From NCBI RefSeq assembly GCF_001194135.2, contig NC_068990.1, forward strand, positions 79,351,623 through 79,393,833: a stretch of DNA of 42,211 nt. The letters are read 5' to 3'. The notes beneath the pieces are model-generated. The model was not told where the DNA came from, ran no database searches, and was given only the letters and a program-made list of their open reading frames with translations. The position numbers and the translations under genes are program-made. This document shows positions 22,801 through 34,245 of the stretch, piece by piece (position 1 is the first letter of the stretch; every line of letters starts with the position of its first letter). This DNA is from Octopus bimaculoides. Its lineage: Eukaryota.

Positions 22801-25800
22801 AAGACAAATATGCCCATATATGGTACTTTATTATGAACATGTTCATAATAACCATATAGTTTTTTTTATGGATCCACTTTTGGATATCTGTGGAGCATCT
22901 TCAGTTTGTTGCAGACTAACAGATCCTAGCGTAAATACTATGACCAACTGCTGTCATCATGTAACAGGTTTTCTAATCATTTGTATTGTTAAACTGTTCA
23001 TTAAACAAAATTGTCTTATTTCTGGTAAAACATGGCATAACTTGTACAAAGCCTTCTGTTGGAAATGGGTCTCAGTTCATTGAAGAATGTTACCTATGAT
23101 GGACCAGTACCCTAGTTAGGACCTATGATGGACCAGTACCCTAGTCAGGAGTGCATTCACCTTTCATCTGCTTAAAACCAAACCTAAGTCATCAAAGGTG
23201 TCATCGTGTGTTGGATATTTTGACTTTGATGACACTTGAGCAAAAGACTTCCAGATTAAGCGTGAGTTTTCTCCCACTGGATGAAGCTACAGCTTTGCTT
23301 CATCTGGATTCTTTCATAATGTTTTCTTGACAGAGATACTGGGTTGGTATGTCATTGCCTTCCCCAGTTCAATGGCCATTGGCTTACAACGAGCTCATCT
23401 GGACTTTGACAGGTCTTGCTTTTAATCCTGTTGGGTGTCCAGATACCCCCCCCCCTCGCAACTATAGCGAGCTACTCAAGTAGGGGAGCCAGTTTAATTG
23501 CTGACCACCTGACTATGAAACAGGTAGAACTGGTCCACGTGGTACCAGTAACAAGTCTCATCAACCTGTGATGGGATCCCTGACCTAACTTGTAGAGTTA
23601 AGTACTGGTCCTAAAAAGTTCCTTGGGTTGCAGATGACATTTACATACATTGTAAGCAGCCAGAACACTGTGTACCTGTTGTGTGCTTCATTGCTATGCT
23701 GAGTTTTACACCTTGTAAGTGTTGTCTGGAAAGAGATGGTCTCCCCACAGTCTAGAGAAGCACTGTATGGAGACATAGTGTTGGTGGGGGAGGCTTTATT
23801 TGATGATCAGGCTTTTTAACCCTGTGAATGCCACACCATATTCTAGTTTCCTTTTCATTGACTTTTCGTTAATTTTACCATATAAAGTATTATTGATTCT
23901 TCGTTTTTTTTTTCTTGTCTGTTGACAGGATGACATGTCCAGTACAACCAGTGCCACAATAGATGATACAATTCCAAGTGAGACACCACCACAGAACAAT
24001 ACTCGGCGCTATGGACGAGGAAAGAATCGGTTTCGAAAATCAAAACTTCAGTATAAGCTTGTAAATTATTTAAAAGTAAGTGAAGAATTTTTCTTTTGTT
24101 TTAGCATTTTTATTGATTAATGCAATATCTAGATTGTTATCGATTGATTGATCATTGCCATCATTGAATGCCCCTTCTCCATGCTGGCATAAGTTGGACA
24201 GTTTGACAGCAGTTAGCAATCCAGAGCACTGCACCAGACTCCAATTGTCTCTTTTGGCATGGTTTCTATTCGATCCAGAGCTATACTAAATCCCTTCAAA
24301 GTCTACTCTGCCTTTCATTCTGCTGGAAATAAAGTACGAGTCAAGTAGTGAGGTTGATGTAATCAGTTATTCTTCTCCATCAATTTTGTGTTTTTGCGAA
24401 GAACCATTATTGTTGTTGTTGATAGTGGGATTGGTAGAGCATCTGACAAATGCCTTGTGGTATTTAGTTAGATCTCTTCATGTTCTGAGTTCAAATCCCT
24501 CTGACATTACATCTGCCTTTCTTCCCTCAATAAAAAGAAAGTACAGGCCAAGTACAGAGCTCACATAAACTGACCAGTAAAGTACCAGTCCTGTTTGGAG
24601 AGTATTTAAATCAATCCCTCCCCAGTTTGTGATTTTGTGTCAATGTCAGAAAGCTTTGTAACTATGACAACAATGGATGGCAGCTCCACAGTTTTATGTT
24701 CTGAGTCCATCCTTTTGGGGCTGATGAAATTGTTGTCAACTATTCACTATCCTCCAACCCAAACTCCCTTGTACCCTCTTACCCCACACTAATGACTCTG
24801 TGTTGTTCATTTGTCTGATTTTCTTCTCTTTGTTTTATTCATCCAGGAAGATCATGGACAACCCATTTTTGGGGTACAGGTCAATTACAATCATAAGGAA
24901 GGAGAACCAATAATCTTTGCTACAGTTGGTAGCAACAGGGTAAGGACTTACAACCTCTTCCTTGTCTGTTGACATGCAGAAAACCTCCACACACGGAAAT
25001 GATTGCACAAAAATCTCCATGTTTTTCTTGAAAAACAAATAACCTTGTACAGTTTTCTATTTTCCCAAGTAAATTGAGATAATGACCTACCAGTCAGATT
25101 GCTATCCAGCCCTGCATTTGGTGATACCGTAATTTCTATAAATAATATCTGCAATAAATTAGACTCCAGGCCATGGGTTGTTCTATGCTTGAATATTATA
25201 TGTTCTTATAAAGCAACCAAGTTAAAACAGGAGGAACTTTGAGTCTCTTGAACAAATCACATCCAGCTTGCTTTAACCTACTTCAGTCACCACCTGAATC
25301 CTACAAAGCATCCAAATGTGCAACATATGAACAACCATGTTACATTGGCTACACCAACATACAGTGACATGTGACACTATCTGCAACATGCCAATGCAGT
25401 GATACTATTCAATCCACACCATACCCCTGCTTCCAATCCTGTACACACCACACAATTTACCCTCACTGCTTTACCATACAAGCCAAGACCCACACTGCTG
25501 TACTGTATAGTTTGCATTGCCATTCATGACTGTTCTTAAATACCCACACAGCTAAATTATAGTTTATATAATACACCCAGCTCTTCTCATATTGCTTATC
25601 CACCCTCTCACACTCTATCCCAAACAGTGTTCTTCGCATTAATTCTAACACTTCACAATATGTTCTGATTGCTACCACACTCTATTTTAATATGTAATAA
25701 TCACAGGCATGGCCGTGCAGTAAGAAGCCTGCTTCCCAACCACATGGTTCTCGGTTCAGTCCCATTGCTGAGCACCTTGGGCAACTGTCTTCTACTATAG

Positions 25801-28800
25801 CCACAGGCCAACCAAAGCCTTCTGAATGGATTTGGTAGACAGACACTGAAAGAAGCTGTCATATATATATATATCCCTCTCTCTCTCTCTTTTGGAGAGA
25901 GGCACATACACAGACATATACACACACGGCAGTAACTTCCGCCTACCAAATTCAATCACAAAGCTTCGGTCGGCTTGGGGCTATAGCAGAAGACACTTGC
26001 CCAAGATGCCACGCGGTGGGACTGAACCCGAAACCATGTAGCTGGGAAACATGCACCAGTGCCCATCTTGCAGCGGCTTGGTGTACAGACGTCAGATCGT
26101 AAACCTTTTTGCTCGGCGAATTTGGTCTCTTGTCAAACCACTAAGTTACAAGGATGCAAACATACCAACACTGGTTGTCAAGCAATAGTGGGGGATAATC
26201 ACTGACACAAAGACACAAATGCATTTGTGTGTGTGTGTTTTTGTGTCAGTGATTATCCTCCACCATCGCTTGACAACCAGTGTTGGTATGTTTGCATCCC
26301 TGTAACTTAGTGGTTTGACAAGTGACCAATATAATAAGTGTCAGGCTGAAACAAAAAATAAGTCCTGAGGTCGATTCATTTGACCAAAATTTCTTCAAGG
26401 CAGGGCCGCAGCATGGCCACAGTCTAATGACTGAAACAAGTAAAAGATAAGAGGATTATTGTTGTTTAATTCCAAATAATTTAAAACCTCTCTTCCTTCT
26501 CCTCATCTCTTATTTATCTTTAATTATTGCTGTTGTTGTTGTCATCATCTAACATTTGTATATTTTTTCACAGGTTGGCATCTACGAATGTCACGAGAAT
26601 GGTAAAATCAAACTTCTACAAGCCTACGCTGACCCTTCTGTATCCTTTTTTTTACCTGAGTCTATTCTGGAATGTTCTCTTTAACTACCAAACAGGATGA
26701 ATGAGATTTGTACAACTAATTTATAATTATGGAAAGAGGGCAAAAGATGATGCCAACGGCAGGGCCTCACGCTGGATCCTTAACGGTATCTTGTTTAACC
26801 TTTTAGCATTCAGATTACTTCTCTGTCCAATGTAATGCTTATTTATTCACATTGTTTTGAATTAATCATGCATTATCTTGTAGCTTCAAGATTTCCATGA
26901 TGTGACTGTTTATTTTTAGTTAGACATTATAGGGTAGGTGTGAGGGGCTGGATCTAGTCAGTTTAAATGTAAGACAGAATATTTGGGGCCAGATGTGGCT
27001 GGTTTAAATGTTAGACTTATCTTATTCTTCTATATTTCTTCTTTAATCCTGTCAGCAAATGACTTTACATAATTGATAAAATAACTGCTGATCATGTTCC
27101 AAAGTCTGTGAATGCTTGGAGATTTTGTTGGTGCCTATGATTGGCAGCAATGTCAACACTACAACAGGTTGGAAGCAGATCTGTTGTGAAAATAATTGAT
27201 AGCTCAGCCTGAAATATTGTTTTGTCCACAAAGTAAAGAAAAAAAAGAAAAAAAGAATTTCCTTCCAAAAAGGGTCGTAACACTTTAGGCTGCTCTGATG
27301 AAGGTAAATCAATGGAAGGTTGTGTGTGATTGGTGCTGAGGATTACAGCATTGATAGAAACCAAGAACTTAAGAGATTCCAGTTAGTGGACTAACATGAG
27401 GATATAAACGAATTAGGTTGGTGGATGAGGTGAGTCAAAACCTGGAAGTTGTTGAAACAAAGATAATTCAGCTTCAATTAATGACTAGAAGTGTGTGTTC
27501 AGAGCCAACTATGTCCAACTAAAAAGAGTGAATCTATTTAGTTGGACGTTTGTCTTCCATTGGTTCAATCACTGGATGAAGTCGGAAGAGACAGAACTAC
27601 GGCTCATATCACCTCAGTTTTGTTGATATGTAATCGTGATTGATGGCTGCAATATGGGTGATGGAGGAGGAGGAGACCGATTTAGTTGTTAAGTGGACTA
27701 AAGAAGTAATTAGGTGTGTAATGGACACATGACTATGGGGGTGGGGGTGGGGGGTCATCTGATATGAATCAATGATCCCTGCTGGCATGAATACTGGTTA
27801 ATGAAAGATGTAGGGCTGTAGAAGTGGTAAGAACTATGGTGTTGGGTGTTGTTAATTGTGTGTTGTGTTGTGTCCTTAATTCATGCAAGACAGAGGAAAA
27901 CTTCTATTGTTGTGCTTGGACATTTGATGATGTGACAGGTCAACCATTGTTGGCCACAGGTGGGATGAGAGGCATTATAAGAATAATAAGTCCTGTCTCC
28001 ATGCAATGCATCAAGGTAAACCATTATGATAATTCTTCTTCTTACTATTATTAAGGTGGTGAGCTGGCAGAATCGTTACGACTCCAGGCCAAATGCTTAG
28101 AGGCATTTCACCTGTCTTTATGCTCTGAGTTCAAATTCTGCCAAGGTTGACTTTGCCTTTCATCCTTTCAGGGTCAATAAAATAAGTACCAATCCCGTCT
28201 CCCAAAATTGCTGGCCTTGTGCCAAAATTTGAAATTATTACTACATATTTTTATACTTTATGTAGCAAAAGCATGATCACTCTTGACCGTTAGCTGCCCA
28301 CATTGTGGCTTTTTACTTTTAGCTACCTATTTTTGGTTCATCACGTGATGGTCCAGTCCATTTAGCTTTACTTGGATTGTCCACCCTTTAACATGATGGA
28401 CTAGCCTAGTGTCCCTATGTCAGCTATTTAAGAGATGATTTTTCCCACTAATTCCTTAGGCAGGTGAGTTTTCTATGAGCGGGTTTTGGATCTTCAACAA
28501 TGAGAGCAGTGTATTCACTTTGCAGCTTCAGCGAGAACAGAATTGCAACCAGAGTCTTTGATGCTAGACTTCACGTTTTTCTCACCTTTCATCTTCAATT
28601 TCTATAAGCATTTGAATTTATGTAATGTATTGACAATTATTAATGTCCTAGCATTTGCTGTGTTTCACTTTAGGTAATAAATGTTTCAGTGCAGTCAACT
28701 TGCCTTTCCATTTTCTTATTCATGACATAACATTACCAGGCCATAAACTGCATTTCATACAACATTCATTGCTAAACCTACAATGTATCTGCTGTTATTG

Positions 28801-31800
28801 TTACATATTTTTACAGCATGCTTTCTACCTGCAGTGATTGCCTGTCACTGTTTTGCTCTGTTTTTCTTCAAAAATTTCCCTTCCTCTTCCCTGACTACAA
28901 GGGTTCAAACTCTAGCCTGTTCTTTGTTTACTTTCAGAATTTTATAGGGCATGGCAATGCTGTCAATGAACTGCGATTCCACCCCAAATACCCTAACATG
29001 ATGTTATCTGTGAGTAAAGGTAAGCCACTTGATTATATTAATTTTACTTGATGGTCATGGGAGGGGAAATCTTACCTTACTTGAAAACAGGTGAGGGTTG
29101 GGGACAGGAGAGGTATCCAACCATAGAAAATCTGCCTCATGCAAGCATGGAAAAATGGACATTAAAATGGTGGCAGTGGTTGTTGTTGTTTTAACTTACT
29201 TTTCTAATTGTTGTTGCAGAGATTATTCCTGTTGTTGAGGAATCAGTGTTTAGATGAGTAAAATCTTGGATAATTTGTTCTTAGATTATCAATTTGTATC
29301 TCACTGAAGTATTTTATTTTACTTCCATTTTTCCATACTTGCATTAATTAGACCAGTTGTTCTCAACCAGGGTCCACATAAGATTTCATTGCTGAAGTTT
29401 ATCTGCAGTAAATTGGTTAGACTACAACCAAATATTATAACAACTTTTTTATACAATTTCTTATAATATTTTATTCATCTTCATCATCATCCATGCTGGC
29501 ATAGACTGGACCTAATTATAAAAATATAATTGAATTTCTTAAAACTTCAAATGGTTATGAGGGTCCAGTAGAGTAAAATAGGGATCAAAAGGGGTTAAGA
29601 ACCACTGGGTTAGACAAATATATTATTGCAACGTTGTTTTACAGCTAAATGTCCCTTCATGTTTTTAATCCTTACCCTAAGAGATCCCTTGTGGTTTTGA
29701 ATATGTGAGCAGCAGACAGGTCATTGACAAAAGAACTGTCCCTCACAACTTTCATCCCAGTATAAATACACAATGGTCTTTTTTTTTTTTAGTTTCTACT
29801 TCTCGAATCCACTCATAAGGTTTGATCCGTCTTTTGTTACAGTAGAAGGCAGCTGCCCAAAGTGTTGCCCCAGCTGGGACTGAAATCGAAGCCACATGGT
29901 TGGGAAGCAAACTTCTTGATCATGCAACTCTGCCTGTGTTTATTTGTCTGAATAAAATAATTTATTTCTCAACCTCTGTGGCTAATGACTAATTAAGACC
30001 TTTCCAGAGGCTGACGAGGGTGACATTGAATAAAGCAGTAAACAGTGATGGAATCTGTTTCTGCTGCAGTTAATGTTAGAGATGCTGGAGCTGAAGAACC
30101 GGACGTTTCCAAACATCTGTGGTTCAGCGGGGTGGGGTGGGGAGGTATTAAGTTGACCTTTATTCTTATTAGTTTGTCCTCGGTCACATGGGGGAAGACA
30201 TTGAGGCATGACCAAGGTCAGGCAGTGGTGGTCAGTTGGCACTGAAGGCAAGGAATTCACTTTGGACTTGCATTCTTCATGTTTTCTTTGTGCAGCTGCA
30301 ATTCTTTTCTGTTTGTGGCGGGTGGCACGTTTGTTGGTGCAGCTTTGCCAGGCAGAGCACCGTTTTGTGCTTGCATTCTTCAGGTGTCATGGTTGATCTC
30401 AAAGCTTTTGAGTCTCTCCTGCTGTAAAACAGTCTCTCAGGGAGTTGCATGTCAAGCATTCAAACAAAAGCGGGTTTGCCCACCTGACTTGTGCTCATGC
30501 TTGCCAAGTCAGATCAAGGGAGGACCTCCTTTATTCTAATGATTCACTAAGTATACAACATTTTCCTCTCAATACCATTCTCTACAGTCTGGCATTGTGT
30601 ATTTACGTTGCATTACATGTGATACTGTGTTTAAATTCTTTTTGTCTCCTCTTAGATCATGCTTTACGAATATGGAACATCAAAACAGATATATGTGTAG
30701 CAATTTTTGGTGGAGTTGATGGTCACCGAGATGAAGTTCTAAGTGCAGTGAGTTTTATTATTATTATTATTATTATTATGTAAATCTCCACTGTTCTTTG
30801 NNNNNNNNNNNNNNNNNNNNNNNNNNNNNNNNNNNNNNNNNNNNNNNNNNNNNNNNNNNNNNNNNNNNNNNNNNNNNNNNNNNNNNNNNNNNNNNNNNNN
30901 AATTGTAATACTCATATTTATATTTGTGTGTATGAGAGAGATGTATCCGCATAAGTGTCATGTGATTGTTGTTGTTCATTTCCAGTCTTCCATGAAAAAG
31001 CATGTCTAATCATGGAGAAATATTTCCTTGCTTGGAAACAGGTGAGAGTTGGTGACAGAAAGAGTATCTTGACATCTTGGACTGATACCTTTTACCATTC
31101 ATCACACCAACCCTCAGCCTTGTGAGTGAAACTGGGAAGATGGAAACTGTACAGAAGCCTACCTTAGGGATTATACCTTTAATTTCAAAGGTACAGCCTT
31201 GTCACTGTCAGAGACTTGCATTGTTGTGAAGTACTCAGCCACTTATATGTTATTTCAGTGAGCCTGGTAGTCCAGTAGATAACAAGAGATGGATTTATTT
31301 CTCATCTTTATTGAAATTCCAAGGTTAAAGGAGATGAAAACTTGAAAACTGTTGTTGTTGTTTTTATCCTTTCAGGACTTCAACATTGATGGCAGTTTCA
31401 TTGTGTCTTGTGGCATGGACCATTCCTTGAAAATTTGGAACTTGAAGACAGACGCTATCATCAAAGCAATGAAAGATTCCTACACATACAACAGTACCAA
31501 AAACAACAGGTAATGTGGATTGACCTTTCCTTTTTCTTGTTTCTGTCATTGGGGACTGTGGCCAAGCTGGGGCACTGCTTTCAAAAATGTTAGTCTAACA
31601 AATTGATCTCAGGTCTTTTTTTTCAAAGTCTGGTACTTATTTTATCGATACAATTTGCTGAACTGATAAGTTATGGAGACATAAACACACTAGCACCAAT
31701 TGTCAAGTGGTGGTGGCAGATAGACACATGCATGTGTGTGTGTGTGTGTGTGTAATTAATATCCTTATAACAATCACAATGGTTTGGAATTTCATTTCTT

Positions 31801-34205
31801 CCATTATTGCTGACAATGAGGTAAAGATTTTGTCATGGTTTTTGAGTTAAAGAATATCTTTATCTGACTCAGCAGATTAAGATGAGATTATCTTTCACAC
31901 TAGAAAGCTTTCTCAGGATTTCATCTGAAGATTATTTTTGATGTTTATTTATTTCCAAATTTCTTTTTGTTTTAAATTCCTGGTCTTTCTTCCAAAACCT
32001 GATTTTGAAAGTCAGTTTAACCCATGCCAGCTTGGAAGATGGACGTTAAAAGATGAGAATTAGAGAGGCTTTGTTGTATTGATATACTATTAGTAACCTT
32101 AAGAAAGTTTTGATCATCTCTCTATCTCTCTCTCTTTCATTTCTAGACCATTCCCCACAGTATCCAACCATTATCCAGATTTCTCCACCCGTGACATCCA
32201 CAGAAATTACGTGGATTGTGTTCGTTGGCTTGGACGTTTTATTTTATCGAAGGTAACCAGTTTCATTTCAACAAATATAAAATCCTATGTGTATGTATAA
32301 AATACGAAGGGCAAGTGAGTTATTTAATATTTGTGTAACTTTTAATAATTAATGGAAGAATCCTGTTATTCTGGGTTTGTGAAATATTAATCAGTGAAAA
32401 GATTTAATAAATATATTTCAAGTAAATTTGTATTGACCCTTGCACACCAGATAAACCAACAATAAATCGTGTGTGTATGTGTGAATAATTAGCAACGCAG
32501 AACCCAGTTTCTAGAAGCTTCAGTTTCTGATAAAATATATATACTCTAGTTTATGTGCTGAGTACTTTTTTACCCCTTTGTAAACGCATTCAACATATGT
32601 GTTAGTGTGTGTACACACAAACCACATCCATTTATAGGCATGTATTCACTCATAAGATTATGGATAGTATCACAAGCAGTTTAGACCAGTTGTGTAGTAT
32701 TTTATAAAAGAAATTAAATGTTAAAACAACCTGGTTCAAGACTATTGTTAGGTTTACAGTAATATTAATGCTATAAGGTTACAGTATAAACCTGTTGTGT
32801 GATGTGGATGTCTGGAGTATAATAGATTTAGTGTCAAATGTAAGGCTGTTGACTCCTCCATTTCAGTTGTAGTTTAATAGCAACACATTGTTTGTACCAG
32901 GGAGAAGAAAGAAAGTGGATATTTGTAGATATTTAACATCTCTTCTTCCCCATACAGACAAGGGTTTGATATAATACAGCGTATCACCACTTGTGATCCA
33001 TCTTCATAATTTCTTATGTCTTCCTCTGCCAGCTTTTGTCACATCAAAACCTGTGCATTTGTCTCCCATCAACATTGACTGATTCATTTAGTGTCACCCA
33101 CTGCCATCAATTGTCTGTCTGTCTCTTATCTTGTTCTTCCTCTCTACCCTCCACTCGTCTTCTACATTCAATGTTAATGTAATCACAACCATGTAGCTTC
33201 ATTGTTTTATCCATGTTTAATGACTCACCAATAAAGGGAGAAACCTTTTGTTGTTCACTGGAGACAACAGCTTCCTCAATGTTCTCTTTTTATTTTCATC
33301 ATGATGACATCAAATGTAGCCATGCAAGTGAAAAACAGGCATGACCACCCACACTTCACATTTGAGTGTTCAGATGTTGGAGGGTGGAAAGCACCAGGAA
33401 TATAAAAACCTTAGAATTGAAATTTCAGTTGGAAATTTTCAAGAACTCTTTGAGCAATGAAGATATTGGACTATTAACTGCTTCATCATACATTCTGTCC
33501 TGTTTACAGCCATTGTGCTATGCTGCTGGACAAGACATTTTTTAATATAGATGATGAAATTTGCAACTCCCCCCTCCCCTCCACTGATATGGAAAATAAA
33601 TTTAAAACCAGAAAAGAAACAAGAATTTATTTTGCCTCAAATCTGTGAAGAATTGTTCCCAGTCTGCCAAATTTACTCCCCCCGTTCCCAATCTTGAAAC
33701 TACCCACACTTCCTGTTCTTAATTTTATAAGTTGCATCTCTTTCAGTCATGTGAAAACTGTATTGTCTGTTGGAAACCTGGTCACCTCAACCAAACCGAT
33801 CTAAAGCATTCAGATTCCACAACAACCATCTTACACAGATTCGAATACCGTGAGTGTGATATCTGGTATATGAGGTTCTCTATGGATTATTGGCAAAAGG
33901 TGGGTGAAAAACTTACTCTTCTCATCAAAATGGATTGTTGTTGTTGTTGTTGTATCTAAATATATTGGTTGTTTGTGATGCGCTGTTGATGTTCAGAGCT
34001 CAGGTTAACGCCTGTTTTCTCTCCTGACAATTGTTGGACAATTTGACTGGATCCCAATATGTCCAATGACTGCATTGAGCTCCAATGTCTGTTTTGGTAT
34101 GGTTTCCATAGCTGGATGCCCTTCTTAATGCCAACCACTTCACAGACTGGACTGGGGTGCTTTTTATGTGGCACCTGCTCTAGTGTGGTTATCATGCAGC
34201 TTGTA

Positions 34206-34245
<40 letters not shown>

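Noticed and set aside
27513-27547. 11-bp-arm hairpin GTCCAACTAAA...TTTAGTTGGAC in intron 4
   Set aside because: Too short to distinguish from chance or repeat debris, and far from the splice signals.
29982-30539. Dense cluster of overlapping short ORFs in EED intron 6
   Set aside because: No recognisable domain, no consistent splice signals, and length expected by chance in locally GC-richer sequence.
32160-32168. GTATCC inside exon 9, resembling a U12 donor
   Set aside because: It continues AAC rather than TTT and lies within conserved coding sequence.
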